The notes under the pieces were generated by a model, which was given only the letters and a program-made list of their open reading frames with translations, had not been told where the DNA came from and did no database searches. Below, piece by piece: positions 51,395 through 62,095 of a DNA stretch of 64,000 nt (its first letter is position 1; each line of letters starts with the position of its first letter). This DNA is from an uncultured Poribacteria bacterium (GTDB taxonomy: Bacteria; Poribacteria; WGA-4E; WGA-3G): contig OX638351.1 of NCBI GenBank assembly GCA_951813565.1, positions 3,072,001 through 3,136,000 on the forward strand, given 5' to 3'. The position numbers and the translations under genes are program-made.

Positions 51395-52153
51395 ATGATC
51401 AGAGAAGATGGACGAAAGACAGATGAGATGCGTCCTATTACAATCAGACGAAATTATATTAAACACGCTGAAGGTGCCGTTCTTATCGCAACTGGAGATA
51501 CTAAGGTAATCTGCACTGCCTCCGTTGATGAACGCCAACCCCGTTTTATGCGTGACCAGAATATCCGAAATAGAGGATGGGTTACAGCCGAGTATTCAAT
51601 GTTGCCGCGCTCTACTTCTCAACGCATGCAACGCGAAGCATCGCAAGGCAGACTCGGTGGACGAACACAGGAAATCCAACGACTTATCGGTAGGTCACTC
51701 CGTGCTGCTGTTGACCTTGATTCATTGGGTGAAAGAACAATTTGGGTAGACTGCGATGTCATCCAAGCCGATGGTGGTACCCGGACGGCAGCAATTACAG
51801 GCGCTTTTATGGCCCTTTGGGATGCTTGCAAAACGCTGCAATACCAAGGCAAGATTGATGAACTGCCAATCTTAGACAATATCGCAGCGACCAGTGTCGG
51901 GATTATTGACGGCATCCCCATGCTTGACCTCTGCTATTCTGAGGACTCTGCTGCCGATGTTGATATGAACATTGTTATGACAGGTGGTGGAAAGTTTATT
52001 GAGATTCAAGGGACTGCTGAACAAAATCCTTTTTCCCGCGAAGAATACGACCACTTGCTTGACCTATCTATCAACGGTATTCAGCAACTCATCCGCTTAC
52101 AAAATCAAATGATGCTTGAGGGCCTTAATGAAGCTTGTTTTGGCAACCCGTAA
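51395..52153 (+). CDS. rph: Ribonuclease PH
   Basis: [40 protein letters not shown]. Confidence 0.97.
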   Translation: MIREDGRKTDEMRPITIRRNYIKHAEGAVLIATGDTKVICTASVDERQPRFMRDQNIRNRGWVTAEYSMLPRSTSQRMQREASQGRLGGRTQEIQRLIGRSLRAAVDLDSLGERTIWVDCDVIQADGGTRTAAITGAFMALWDACKTLQYQGKIDELPILDNIAATSVGIIDGIPMLDLCYSEDSAADVDMNIVMTGGGKFIEIQGTAEQNPFSREEYDHLLDLSINGIQQLIRLQNQMMLEGLNEACFGNP

Positions 52154-52748
52154 CCTCGGCAAGGTGAAAGAACTTACGGCAATGCTTAATACAGATCGAC
52201 AACTGGAGAGTATACAAATCCTTTCGCTTCAAGATTTTCCGGATGCGCCAGAGGTAATTGAGGATCGTGATACTTATGAAGAAAATGCTTCAAAGAAAGC
52301 CACAGTCATCGCTGATTATACAGGGCTTCGGACACTTGCTGATGACGCTGGCTTAGAAGTTGATGCTCTCGGTGGTGCGCCAGGTGTTCACTCCAAACGG
52401 TGGGCAGGTGATGATGCAACTGATGCTATTCGCGTTCAGAAGTTGCTTAAGGCTTTGGAAGGTGCCACCAATAGGAAAGCACGATTTGTGGCAGCAATTG
52501 CTATCGCGGAACCTACTGCACCTAACAGCAGTGATTTTGTAAACAGAGTACAAGTGGTAGTAGGAAAATGTGAAGGACATATCACCCACGCCCCTGCTGG
52601 GAACAGCGGCTTTGGATACGACCCAATTTTTGTGCCTAACGGTTATGAGAAAACTTTTGCAGAATTGGGCGATACAATTAAAAACCAAATCAGTCATAGA
52701 AGTGAAGCACTGCGATTAGCACTTAAATTGTTATATAGTGAAATATAA
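52128..52748 (+). CDS. rdgB: dITP/XTP pyrophosphatase
   Basis: [37 protein letters not shown]; follows rph. Confidence 0.95.
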   Translation: MKLVLATRNLGKVKELTAMLNTDRQLESIQILSLQDFPDAPEVIEDRDTYEENASKKATVIADYTGLRTLADDAGLEVDALGGAPGVHSKRWAGDDATDAIRVQKLLKALEGATNRKARFVAAIAIAEPTAPNSSDFVNRVQVVVGKCEGHITHAPAGNSGFGYDPIFVPNGYEKTFAELGDTIKNQISHRSEALRLALKLLYSEI

Positions 52749-52907
52749 AATTACTTGGACAGTTCTTTATAGGTTTGATGCGTTTGTAGTCGCGCAATTC
52801 ATTGCGCCTCTTCTTGTAGGAGCGACCTCTAGGTCGCGACTTTAAAACTGTAGAACACTTTGTCCGTGCCGAGTGACAATGTCCAGTTAATTGTAAAATC
52901 CACTATA
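52734..52907. mobile_element. TATAG-ended MITE-like element overlapping the rdgB stop codon
   Basis: TATAGTGAAATATAAAATTACTTGGACA / TGTCCAGTTAATTGTAAAATCCACTATA, with two GTAG REPs inside. Confidence 0.65.
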
Positions 52908-53010
52908 AGATTCTCTGTAGGAGTTATAGTTAGATTTATGGCAAATTTCTTATAGACGTATTTTAAACTGAGAACACAAATCGAAATATATACTTCTGTA
53001 TTATTAGAAA

Positions 53011-53331
53011 CTAAAGTTTGGACATTTTTTAAACGTGAGTTGATACGAAATTAGTTCACCACCTATGTTGTTCAAGTCAACACACAACGGACAAAACGGA
53101 AACCTCCTTTGCTCCAGCGGAGCAATATGTTTATAGCAACATTATGAAACGACATATCCGCTCCAGCGGAGCGGTCCGTGATTCCCGACACATAGCACTC
53201 CGCTGAAGTGTGAGAATGTGTGGACACCGTTTTCTATAGATATAGCACTCCGCTGGAGTGCAGCATTTTCGCGGTGTTCCACTGATATGTGAAACTCAAC
53301 TTTCACGAGGTAAGAATTGTCCAAACTATAG
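53011..53331. mobile_element. 321-bp MITE with 17-bp terminal inverted repeats and 9-bp target duplication
   Basis: CTAAAGTTTGGACATTT / AATTGTCCAAACTATAG; TATTAGAAA at 53002-53010 and 53332-53340; four GCTCCAGCGGAGC-type hairpins inside. Confidence 0.85.
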
Positions 53332-53349
53332 TATTAGAAAGGAAATTTA

Positions 53350-53907
53350 ATGGCAGCACTAAACGATTTACGAAACGGATTAGTCATCCGACTTGATGAT
53401 GTTGTCTACACTATTGTAGACTTTCAGCCTGTGAAGCCCGGGAAAGGTGGCGCATTCACTCGGACAAAAATTAAGCGGGTCGCCGATGGCGCGGTGCTTG
53501 ATCGCACCTTTCGCGCCAACGAAACCATTGAAACCGTCAGACTCACTGATCAAGAAATGCAGTTCCTCTACAGTGAGGGGGATATGCTATGGTTTATGGA
53601 CAACGAAACTTTTGACCAGCATGCGCTTCCTAAAGCACTCATTGGGGATGGTGTAAAATACTTAAAAGAAGGTGAAACTATAACGGTCAAAATGGATGTT
53701 GATACGCCGCTTGCCGTAGAATTGCCGACTTTTGTAGAGCTCAAAATTGTTGAAACGGACCCCGGTTTACGAGGAGATACCGTCAGCGGCGGTTCAAAGA
53801 CAGCAAAATTAGAAACTGGGGCTGTCGTAAATGTCCCTCTCTTTGTTAAAAACGAAACTGTTATCAAAGTTGACACTCGGACAGGGAAATACGTTGAAAG
53901 GGTGTAA
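53350..53907 (+). CDS. efp: Elongation factor P
   Basis: VKPGKGGAF, PGLRGDT..GGSK.A.LETG, KVDTRTG.Y..R. Confidence 0.97.
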   Translation: MAALNDLRNGLVIRLDDVVYTIVDFQPVKPGKGGAFTRTKIKRVADGAVLDRTFRANETIETVRLTDQEMQFLYSEGDMLWFMDNETFDQHALPKALIGDGVKYLKEGETITVKMDVDTPLAVELPTFVELKIVETDPGLRGDTVSGGSKTAKLETGAVVNVPLFVKNETVIKVDTRTGKYVERV

Positions 53908-53910
53908 AAT

Positions 53911-54399
53911 ATGAAGCAAAAAAAGCAAAGTGAGAAAGTTGACTCTCCTGCTGATACAGAAGTTACTTCTGACCCTCTATTAGAACGCCTTGAAGACCTC
54001 ATCGCAATTGCGGAGAAATCGGATTTGGCAACGGTTCGAATTCGCGATGGTGAAGTCGAGATAGAACTTTCGCGCACGACCTCTCAATCAGTTGTACCGT
54101 CTACACTGCCCAACCCGAATATCACCGCACCAACACTCGTCACAGAAAACGAAGCAGGTGACGACATTATTCGCTCACCGATGCCAGCACGTTTTTATCG
54201 ATCCCCAGCACCCGATGAACCGCCATTTATTGAAGTCGGTGATACTGTTACTGCCGGTGCTTCCTTGGGCACTTTGGAAGTCATGAAAACTTACAACGAT
54301 GTTGAGGCACCTTTCAACTGTGAAATCCTCGAAATTCTTGTTGAAGATGGGGACGCAGTTGAATACAATCAACCGCTCTTTCGAGTGAGGCAAACTTAG
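53911..54399 (+). CDS. accB: Biotin carboxyl carrier protein
   Basis: SPM..FYRSP.P, EVMK biotinylation motif. Confidence 0.93.
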   Translation: MKQKKQSEKVDSPADTEVTSDPLLERLEDLIAIAEKSDLATVRIRDGEVEIELSRTTSQSVVPSTLPNPNITAPTLVTENEAGDDIIRSPMPARFYRSPAPDEPPFIEVGDTVTAGASLGTLEVMKTYNDVEAPFNCEILEILVEDGDAVEYNQPLFRVRQT

Positions 54400-54403
54400 G
54401 ACT

Positions 54404-55762
54404 ATGTTTGAAAAAATTTTGATTGCAAATCGCGGGGAAATTGCTATCCGTATTATCCGTGCCTGTAAGGATATGGGTATTAAGACTGTTGCTATTTTTT
54501 CTACAGCAGACAAAAACGCTCTCCACGTCGAATATGCCGATGAGGCATACTGTATCGGGCCACCCCCTTCTACCGAAAGTTATCTTAAATATGCCAACAT
54601 TACTGCTGTAGCGGACTTTGCCAATGTCGATGCGATACACCCTGGCGCGGGATTTCTCGCTGAAGATGCACAGTTCGCTGAAATATGCGAAGCACACCAA
54701 ATAAAATTTATCGGTCCGTCCATTGATGACCTCAATACTATGGGCGACAAGGTCCGCGCACTTGAAACAGTCGCAAAGGCGGGTTTGAAACTTGTCCCTG
54801 GTAGTCAAAGCAGGAAACGAAAAAAAGACAAAAAAGCAACCGTTGAATCTGCTGAAGAAGCAGCTGAACTCGCTGAAAAAATCGGATATCCGATTGGAAT
54901 CAAGGCATCCGCAGGTGGTGGCGGGCGCGGTATTCGCATCGCATACAACCGTCCCAGTCTGTTTAACCTGTTTCACATCGCAAAAGCCGAGAGCGAAGCC
55001 GCGTTTGGTAACGGCGATGTTTACATTGAAAAATGGATAGAAGAAGCACGGCATATTGAAGTACAAGTTTTGGGAGATTCTCACGGTAATGTCGTCCATT
55101 TCGGAGAACGCGAATGCTCAATCCAACGCAAACAGCAAAAACTGCTTGAGGAAGCTCCCGCTGCATCCATTTCCCCTAAACTTCGGAATGAAATTTGTAA
55201 AGCAGCCGTTAAAGCAGCGAAGTCAATCGGATACACAAATGCAGGTACAATTGAGTTTGTCGTTGATAAGGACGAAAAATTCTATTTCCTTGAGATGAAT
55301 ACGCGCATTCAAGTTGAACATACCATCACCGAAAGTATCACTGGCATTGATCTGATTAAGGAACAGATTCGTTTGGCGATGGGAGAGGAACTCGGATACA
55401 ACCAATCTGATATTCGCATCAAAGGACACGCTATTGAATGCAGAATCAATGCTGAAGACCCTGCCAATCAGTTTATGCCTTCACCAGGGTTAGTTACAGA
55501 CTATCAACTTCCCGGTGGTATCGGTATTCGTGTTGACGGGTATATTTACACTGGCTATACGGTGCCCCCCCACTATGACTCACTTATTGCAAAACTTATC
55601 GCTACCGGTAGAGATCGAGACGAAGCGATTGCCCGATTGAAGCGAGCACTTTCCGAATTTAAGATTGAAGGCATCAAAACTACAATTCCACTCCATCAAA
55701 ATATTCTGAATGATGAGCGGTTTCTAAACCGAAATATTTTCACTAACTTCCTAAAAACATGA
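54404..55762 (+). CDS. accC: Biotin carboxylase
   Basis: KILIANRGEIA, GGGGRG, EMNTRIQVEH, YDSLIAK. Confidence 0.97.
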   Translation: MFEKILIANRGEIAIRIIRACKDMGIKTVAIFSTADKNALHVEYADEAYCIGPPPSTESYLKYANITAVADFANVDAIHPGAGFLAEDAQFAEICEAHQIKFIGPSIDDLNTMGDKVRALETVAKAGLKLVPGSQSRKRKKDKKATVESAEEAAELAEKIGYPIGIKASAGGGGRGIRIAYNRPSLFNLFHIAKAESEAAFGNGDVYIEKWIEEARHIEVQVLGDSHGNVVHFGERECSIQRKQQKLLEEAPAASISPKLRNEICKAAVKAAKSIGYTNAGTIEFVVDKDEKFYFLEMNTRIQVEHTITESITGIDLIKEQIRLAMGEELGYNQSDIRIKGHAIECRINAEDPANQFMPSPGLVTDYQLPGGIGIRVDGYIYTGYTVPPHYDSLIAKLIATGRDRDEAIARLKRALSEFKIEGIKTTIPLHQNILNDERFLNRNIFTNFLKT

Positions 55763-57483
55763 AAACCTTTATAGGGACAACAACGGAGGAATGGCGCACC
55801 CTCAAGTATGTTCTGTGTTTTGTGGTACTCATGTTTATCACACCCCATGCACTTTCACAGTCTGCTACCTTCGTTGATGCAACACACGAATCTGGCATAC
55901 GTTTTCAGCACGCAGAAGGTTCGCGTTCCAGTTTACTGCCTGAAGATATGGGTTCTGGCGCTGGTTTTGCCGATATAGATAATGACGGTGATCTTGACCT
56001 CTACATTGTAAACATCCCCGGTCCTTTTAAAATAAACCATTCCAACAAACCTACTACATCTGCAAATGTGCTTTACCGGAACAACGGTGATGGCACATTT
56101 ACTGACATCACAGATACTGCGAAAGTCGGAGACACAGGATACGGCATGGGGTGTGTCTTCGCAGATTACAATGGTGACGGCAACGTTGATCTCTATGTGA
56201 CGAATTATGGTGAAAATGTGCTTTATCAGAACAAAGGTGATGGCACATTTACTGATGTAACAAAAACTGCCAAAGTCGGGTGTCCGTTGTGGAGTACAGG
56301 TGCTGCTTTCGCTGATTACGATGGTGATAACGATTTGGATTTGTATGTTTGTAACTACGTCAACTATGATCTTGAGCAGTTCCAACAACAGAAAGAAGAA
56401 TCCTTACAATCCGGGAAATTAGTGCCAAATGCCCTGAATCCCACCGTCTTTGAACCGCAGGATAACGTGTTTTACCGTAACAACGGTGACGGGACGTTTA
56501 CCGATATAACCGCCGAAACAGGTGTTGCAGCACCAGGCGGCAGGAGCATGCAAGCCATTTTTAGCGATTTTGATAATGATAACGATATGGACCTTTACGT
56601 TGCAAACGACACGTCTGAAAACCATGTTTTTCGCAATGACGGTGACAGAACTTTTACCGATGTTAGTGCTGAGTCATGGGCTGCGGATTTTCGCGGATCC
56701 ATGGGGTTAGCAGCTGGGGATTACGATGCAGACGGAGATGTTGATCTCTTTATCAGTCATTGGATTGACCAAGAATATGTGCTTTATAGAAATCTGTTGA
56801 CAGAGAATAAAACAGCAGAGCATCTCGCTACGAAACGTATCCGATTCGTAGATGAATCCTATTCTGCTATGCTTGCAGAAGTTACACTAAAGGAAATAGG
56901 GTGGGGTGTCTCTCTTTTTGACTACGACAACGATGGCGATTTAGATATTTTTGTTGTAAATGGAAGCACATTTCAAAAACTGGATCAACCTGAAATGCTT
57001 ATCCCACAACATAATCAGCTGTTTCGCAACGAAGGCGATGGGACTTTCAGTGATATAAGCAAAAGTTCAGGTATTGCCAATCTTCCCGCGCGTGTTAGCC
57101 GTGGTGCTGCATTTGGCGACTATGACAACGATGGCGATGTAGATATTTTCATTGCCAATAACTATGACCGACCAACCTTATTGCGGAATAATGCCACCGA
57201 TATGAAAAACAGCAATAATTGGCTGCATGTTAGGTTGATAGGTAAAAACCTAAACCAAAACGCTATTGGTGCGAAAATATTACTGAAAACTGCAGATTCT
57301 ACCCAGATACGAGAAATTTACGCTGGTGAAAGTTATATGTCTGCTAACAGCTTTATTGCTGAATTCGGGTTAGGGAAAGCCACTCAGATTCACACGCTGC
57401 AGGTTACCTGGACCAATGGTAAGACACAAACGCTTCAGGATATATCGGTAAACCAGTTGATACAGATTATCCAAAAACCGTAA
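55759..57483 (+). CDS. FG-GAP repeat / ASPIC-UnbV (CRTAC1-like) secreted protein
   Basis: Repeated D.DNDGD.DL and LYRNNGDGTFTD motifs; C-terminal AIGA..FGLG. Confidence 0.9.
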   Translation: MKTFIGTTTEEWRTLKYVLCFVVLMFITPHALSQSATFVDATHESGIRFQHAEGSRSSLLPEDMGSGAGFADIDNDGDLDLYIVNIPGPFKINHSNKPTTSANVLYRNNGDGTFTDITDTAKVGDTGYGMGCVFADYNGDGNVDLYVTNYGENVLYQNKGDGTFTDVTKTAKVGCPLWSTGAAFADYDGDNDLDLYVCNYVNYDLEQFQQQKEESLQSGKLVPNALNPTVFEPQDNVFYRNNGDGTFTDITAETGVAAPGGRSMQAIFSDFDNDNDMDLYVANDTSENHVFRNDGDRTFTDVSAESWAADFRGSMGLAAGDYDADGDVDLFISHWIDQEYVLYRNLLTENKTAEHLATKRIRFVDESYSAMLAEVTLKEIGWGVSLFDYDNDGDLDIFVVNGSTFQKLDQPEMLIPQHNQLFRNEGDGTFSDISKSSGIANLPARVSRGAAFGDYDNDGDVDIFIANNYDRPTLLRNNATDMKNSNNWLHVRLIGKNLNQNAIGAKILLKTADSTQIREIYAGESYMSANSFIAEFGLGKATQIHTLQVTWTNGKTQTLQDISVNQLIQIIQKP

Positions 57484-57569
57484 GTCGTGTTATAGAAATT
57501 CAATTTTCTATGGGATGGATTGCCTTGTAGGAGGGCTTTGTCCGCCCGATTTTTTATTACCCAACTACC

Positions 57570-58979
57570 ATGAACACCAACGCTAAACTCCCTGAACAAA
57601 CATCTCCTTCAACCTCACCAAAATCCGCCCTATTAACAGAATCCGAGATGGCACTGTTTGTCGACTACTATCAACTCACGATGGGGCAAGCAGATTTCAA
57701 AAGCCAAAACGATGCTATCATTACCGCTAATTACTATGTCCGTAAAATCCCACAAGGTGAATATCTTGTGGTGGCAGGTCTTGAGCAGGTTATCCATTGC
57801 ATTCTCAATTTACGTTTTACCGATGATACACTCAACTGGTTAGCAGAACGCGGCGAATTGAGTGAAGACTACCTTGAATCGTTGAAAGATTTCCGATTTG
57901 ACGGTTCTATTTATGCTGTTCCTGAAGGCACTATCGTTTTTCCCAATGAACCAATAATCAACGTTACCGGCAGATCTCGTGATGTTCAAGTTTTTGAAAC
58001 CTACCTGCTCTGCGTAATGAACTTTCAAACGTTGATTGCGACAAAAGCTTCACGAATTGTGCGCGCAGCAAGAGGAAAACCTGTTTTTGATTTCGGTGCA
58101 AGACGCGCACATGGGAGGGATGCGGGTATCCTTGCTGCACGTGCTTCATTCATCGGTGGTGCAAGCGGCACATCGCTTGTGCTGGCAGGACGTTATTTTA
58201 ACATCCCTTATGTCGGCACAATGGCACATAAATTTGTCATGGAACGCCCCACAGAGGTAGATGCTTTCCGAGATTACGCTAACGCCTTCCCACACAATAC
58301 AACACTTCTGATTGATACCTACGATACGTTAGAAGGGGCAAAAAATGCCTGCATCGTTGCACATGAGATGGAAGCGCGCGGTGCCAGACTCAAAGCCGTG
58401 AGATTAGATAGTGGTGATCTCTTGTCGCTCAGTAAAGAGGTTCGCCGTATTCTTCATGCAGAAAGACTCAATTATGTTCAGATTATTGCCAGCCATGATC
58501 TTGATGAATTTGAAATAGACAATTTACTTAAAGAAGACTCACCGATTGATGGATTTGGTGTTGGCACTCGCCTTGCAACTGGTGCTAACTTTAATTCTCG
58601 GACAGGTGAGGGTGGACCTTCCGCGCTCGGTGGTGTTTTCAAGTCAGTTGAACGCGATGGTATTCCTGTGGGTAAACAGTCGCTTGACGAACCTGACAAA
58701 GCCACTGTCCCAGGAAGAAAACAGATCTATCGGCAAACCGACTCCAACGGACACTACTGTAAAGACTGTGTAATGCACTGGAATGAACCGATATCCGGTG
58801 GAGAACCGCTCTTAATTTCCATTGTCAAAGATGGGAACTTGGTGTATAATTTTCCAAATCTGACAGCCATTCAAGCACGGGCGAAGACTGAACTTATGAA
58901 ATTGGATGAATCTCATAAAGTTTTAATAGATGCTAAACCGTATCCGGTTGAAATAAATTCGCGGTTGAAAACAGAATAG
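57570..58979 (+). CDS. pncB: Nicotinate phosphoribosyltransferase
   Basis: D.YQLTM, DFGARRAH, GTMAH, LIDTYD, VRLDSGD, FGVGT. Confidence 0.95.
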   Translation: MNTNAKLPEQTSPSTSPKSALLTESEMALFVDYYQLTMGQADFKSQNDAIITANYYVRKIPQGEYLVVAGLEQVIHCILNLRFTDDTLNWLAERGELSEDYLESLKDFRFDGSIYAVPEGTIVFPNEPIINVTGRSRDVQVFETYLLCVMNFQTLIATKASRIVRAARGKPVFDFGARRAHGRDAGILAARASFIGGASGTSLVLAGRYFNIPYVGTMAHKFVMERPTEVDAFRDYANAFPHNTTLLIDTYDTLEGAKNACIVAHEMEARGARLKAVRLDSGDLLSLSKEVRRILHAERLNYVQIIASHDLDEFEIDNLLKEDSPIDGFGVGTRLATGANFNSRTGEGGPSALGGVFKSVERDGIPVGKQSLDEPDKATVPGRKQIYRQTDSNGHYCKDCVMHWNEPISGGEPLLISIVKDGNLVYNFPNLTAIQARAKTELMKLDESHKVLIDAKPYPVEINSRLKTE

Positions 58980-59021
58980 TGACGAAGACACGTCGTATAT
59001 TTCCCTTTAACAACCTTACCC

Positions 59022-59870
59022 GTGATCAGGGACAGGCTTGTTCTGATATGCCAGGAGAAAATAATGAATATCCTAAAAGACTTTGAATTCAAGCAAAGAA
59101 AGTATATGCCTGTCTTTCCAAAAGCAAATGGCAAACCGACTACCTACATTGAAGGATACCCCTGTGAGGACGATGAGCCTATGGCTGCAACAGGATTTCA
59201 TGGTGTGCAGATTAATACCTTTTATGACCAACTCTCGCGATATTTCGCTATCAATGAACAGATATACATCGGTGTTGACAGTTTTATTTACTATTGTGAA
59301 GGAGACATTACAAAGTCCGTTGCTCCTGATGTGTACGTCGTCTTCGGTGTTGCTAAAGGTCCCGAGCGTCGTAGTTTCTATACGTGGGCAGAAGGGGCAG
59401 CACCCGTTGCTGTTTTTGAGTTTCTCTCTGATTCAACAGCACATCAGGATCGGAATGAGAAAGTCGGTGTGTATCTGAATGATATAGACGTTCAAGAATA
59501 TTTTATTCATCGACCTGAGATGGAGAAGCCTGCAGAGTTTCGTGGGTGGCGGCGGAGTCCATCGGATAATATCGTTGAGATGGAACCAGATGCGGAAGGT
59601 GGCTTGTTCAGCGAAGCATTAAATCTCTGGTTTCGCTGGAAGGAGGATCAGACGACACACGTGAGACTTTTACGTCCATATTTGCCCGATGGCACTCCCA
59701 TAACAACGTCTATGGAAGAAAAACATCTGCGAGAACAAGAAAAACACCTGCGAATGGAAGCGGAAGCGCGCGCCGAAGAAGCTGAACGAATCGCCAAAGA
59801 AGAAGCTGAACGAAGACAGGCATTAGAAGCCGAGTTAGAAAATCTCCGTGCACAACTTCCCAACCGCTAA
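59022..59870 (+). CDS. Uma2-family (PD-(D/E)xK-like) putative endonuclease with a coiled-coil tail
   Basis: PMA..H, VAPDVYVVFG, EFLS.ST...D..K, EYF; true start may be a downstream ATG. Confidence 0.85.
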   Translation: MIRDRLVLICQEKIMNILKDFEFKQRKYMPVFPKANGKPTTYIEGYPCEDDEPMAATGFHGVQINTFYDQLSRYFAINEQIYIGVDSFIYYCEGDITKSVAPDVYVVFGVAKGPERRSFYTWAEGAAPVAVFEFLSDSTAHQDRNEKVGVYLNDIDVQEYFIHRPEMEKPAEFRGWRRSPSDNIVEMEPDAEGGLFSEALNLWFRWKEDQTTHVRLLRPYLPDGTPITTSMEEKHLREQEKHLRMEAEARAEEAERIAKEEAERRQALEAELENLRAQLPNR

Positions 59871-59881
59871 GACGAAAGCGC

Positions 59882-60079
59882 GTGACACTTTGGAATGAAC
59901 CGATATCCGATGGAGAACCGCTCTTAATTTCCATTGTCAAAGACGGGAACTTGGTGTATAATTTTCCAAATCTTACCGACATTCAGACACGAGTGAGATC
60001 AGAACTTTCAAAATTGCAGGAATCGCATAAAGTCTTGACAGATGCTAAACCGTATACGGTTGAAATACATCTGCATTGA
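59882..60079 (+). pseudogene. Duplicated 3' end of pncB (copy 2)
   Basis: WNEPIS.GEPLLISIVKDGNLVYNFPNLT..ESHKVL.DAKPY.VEI matches 58779-58955. Confidence 0.9.
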
Positions 60080-60256
60080 GAGAGTAAAACGAGTTACATT
60101 GATTCTCCTCGCGAGATGTGGTATTCTTAATCTAACATTTTATATATAAAAGCGTCACGCGTCCAAGAACTTGCGATGCGGCACGCACACATTTTTAATT
60201 AAGGCATAACATCGCTGTTATGCTTGAAAGCTAAATGCTGAAGGAACACAAAATTA

Positions 60257-61441
60257 GTGTCTAAAGAACCAAGCAATTCGCGTTCCGCCGATGCGGCGGA
60301 CATTGTTCATCCTCAACCTATACCTTTTATATTGGTTCACCTCGCATGTTTTGCCATCTTTTGGGTAGATGTCCAACCCACCGATTGGATTATATGCGGC
60401 GTTCTTTACGTCATCCGTATGTTTGGTATCACAGCAGGATTTCATCGTTATTTTTCACACAGAGCATTTAAAACAAGCCGTGGCTTCCAATTCTTTTTGG
60501 CATTTCTCGGACAAAGCTCAGCACAACGAGGCACACTCTGGTGGGCAGCGAAACATCGGGAACATCATAAGTATTCTGACACAGAGCAAGATGTACATTC
60601 ACCAGTTAAACATGGATTTTGGTACTCCCATATAGGTTGGATTTTGTGTAAACGCGGGCTGAGTGTAGATTACAGTCTGATAAAAGACTTCCGAAAATAT
60701 CCTGAACTTGTTTGGCTTGGGAAATTCCATACACTACCCGCAGTCCTATTAGGTATTTTCGTTTGGGCAATTGCAGGCTGGTCTGGACTCGTCGTAGGTT
60801 TTATAATAAGTACTGTGCTTCTATATCACGGAACTTTTGCTATCAATTCTCTTTCCCACATTTATGGGAAACAACGTTATGACACCGGAGATAATTCTCG
60901 CAACAACATTTTTCTCGCCATCATTACATTGGGGGAAGGATGGCATAACAATCATCACCATTTTCCGAGTGCTGCCCCGCAAGGTTTTCGTTGGTGGCAA
61001 ATTGACATCACGTATTATATTTTGAAAATTTTATCCGTTTTTAGAATCGTTTGGGACCTTCGCTTACCTCCCGCGCATGTCGTTGCGGGCAAACGTAAAC
61101 TGTCTCTCGCTGCCATAGAGAACGCAGCTCAGCAACTTGCCGCGAGTTTTTCGATTGAACAGATTAGCAAAACGGTTTTACAAGTATGGGCACATACACC
61201 AAAATTAGAAGAACTCCGTAGACGCGCTCGTATCGGTCAAACAGAGGTTGAAGCATTTCTCAAAGAGATGAAGATCCTTGAGTTACCGAAAATAGGGAAT
61301 CTTACAGATAAAGCACAAAACATGTTTACTCACATCCCATCCTTAAATCCGATTGTTGAGCGGGCAAATCATATCATCGTTCAGGCTGTTTCGGTGTGGC
61401 TGCTTCAGAATGAAATGATTGAAACTGCGGTTGCCGTGTAG
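60257..61441 (+). CDS. Delta-9-type fatty acid desaturase
   Basis: His boxes HRYFSH, HREHH, GEGWHNNHH. Confidence 0.93.
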   Translation: MSKEPSNSRSADAADIVHPQPIPFILVHLACFAIFWVDVQPTDWIICGVLYVIRMFGITAGFHRYFSHRAFKTSRGFQFFLAFLGQSSAQRGTLWWAAKHREHHKYSDTEQDVHSPVKHGFWYSHIGWILCKRGLSVDYSLIKDFRKYPELVWLGKFHTLPAVLLGIFVWAIAGWSGLVVGFIISTVLLYHGTFAINSLSHIYGKQRYDTGDNSRNNIFLAIITLGEGWHNNHHHFPSAAPQGFRWWQIDITYYILKILSVFRIVWDLRLPPAHVVAGKRKLSLAAIENAAQQLAASFSIEQISKTVLQVWAHTPKLEELRRRARIGQTEVEAFLKEMKILELPKIGNLTDKAQNMFTHIPSLNPIVERANHIIVQAVSVWLLQNEMIETAVAV

Positions 61442-61500
61442 TGAATGCTGATAAGGGTTGGGTTAGACAGAAAGTAAAATCTAACCCCGCCCTAACGGCG

Positions 61501-61569
61501 CAAGAATCTCATAAAACCTTAACAGAAGCTAAACCTTATCCGATTGAAATATACGGGAGGCGGAAGTAA
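61501..61569 (+). pseudogene. Short duplicated pncB 3' end (copy 3)
   Basis: Translates QESHKTLTEAKPYPIEIYGRRK*, matching pncB DESHKVLIDAKPYPVEI. Confidence 0.75.
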
Positions 61570-61605
61570 ATTACATTAAAATCAAACTCTAAAAAACACA
61601 TTTTT

Positions 61606-61884
61606 ATGGATAATCCGCATAAATATGTTGGACTGCCTTTCACACCGCTTATGGCACAAGAACTCATTTTAGAATTATTCGGTGGACAGGCCGCTGGAAA
61701 AGAGGAGATCGCAGGTATTGTTGAGGAAACACATCTTAAACGAGGTGGAAATCAGCCAAGGTCCCTTCAGCATCCTATCACACGAGCACTGACACTTTTG
61801 AAGCAAACTGGACTTGCAGAGAATCCAATACCCGGTTTTTGGTCAATTCGTTCAAATAAATCAGAAGACGTAGGAAAGGATTAG
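61606..61884 (+). CDS. Small hypothetical protein, possibly winged-helix (Mrr N-terminal-like)
   Basis: ITRALTLLKQTGLAENPIPGFWSI resembles a winged-helix recognition helix and wing. Confidence 0.5.
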   Translation: MDNPHKYVGLPFTPLMAQELILELFGGQAAGKEEIAGIVEETHLKRGGNQPRSLQHPITRALTLLKQTGLAENPIPGFWSIRSNKSEDVGKD

Positions 61885-62095
61885 AACGTACTGAGACTGC
61901 AAATTGCACCAAATCAACATACAGACTCACTGCCCTATTCCGTGCAGTCGAATATAAGCCTGCACCTTTTTGTGCAGTTCTCTCAGGTATTTCACAAAGC
62001 AATCTGTCAGTTATGCAGATTATCTAAACAAGATTAACAAATCAAGTTATATTTATGCTAAAATATTAAAAATTATTATTTTGGAGGTATTTCCC

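Noticed and set aside
54314..55099. 261-aa minus-strand ORF
   Set aside because: It is an antisense shadow of accC with no recognisable motifs.
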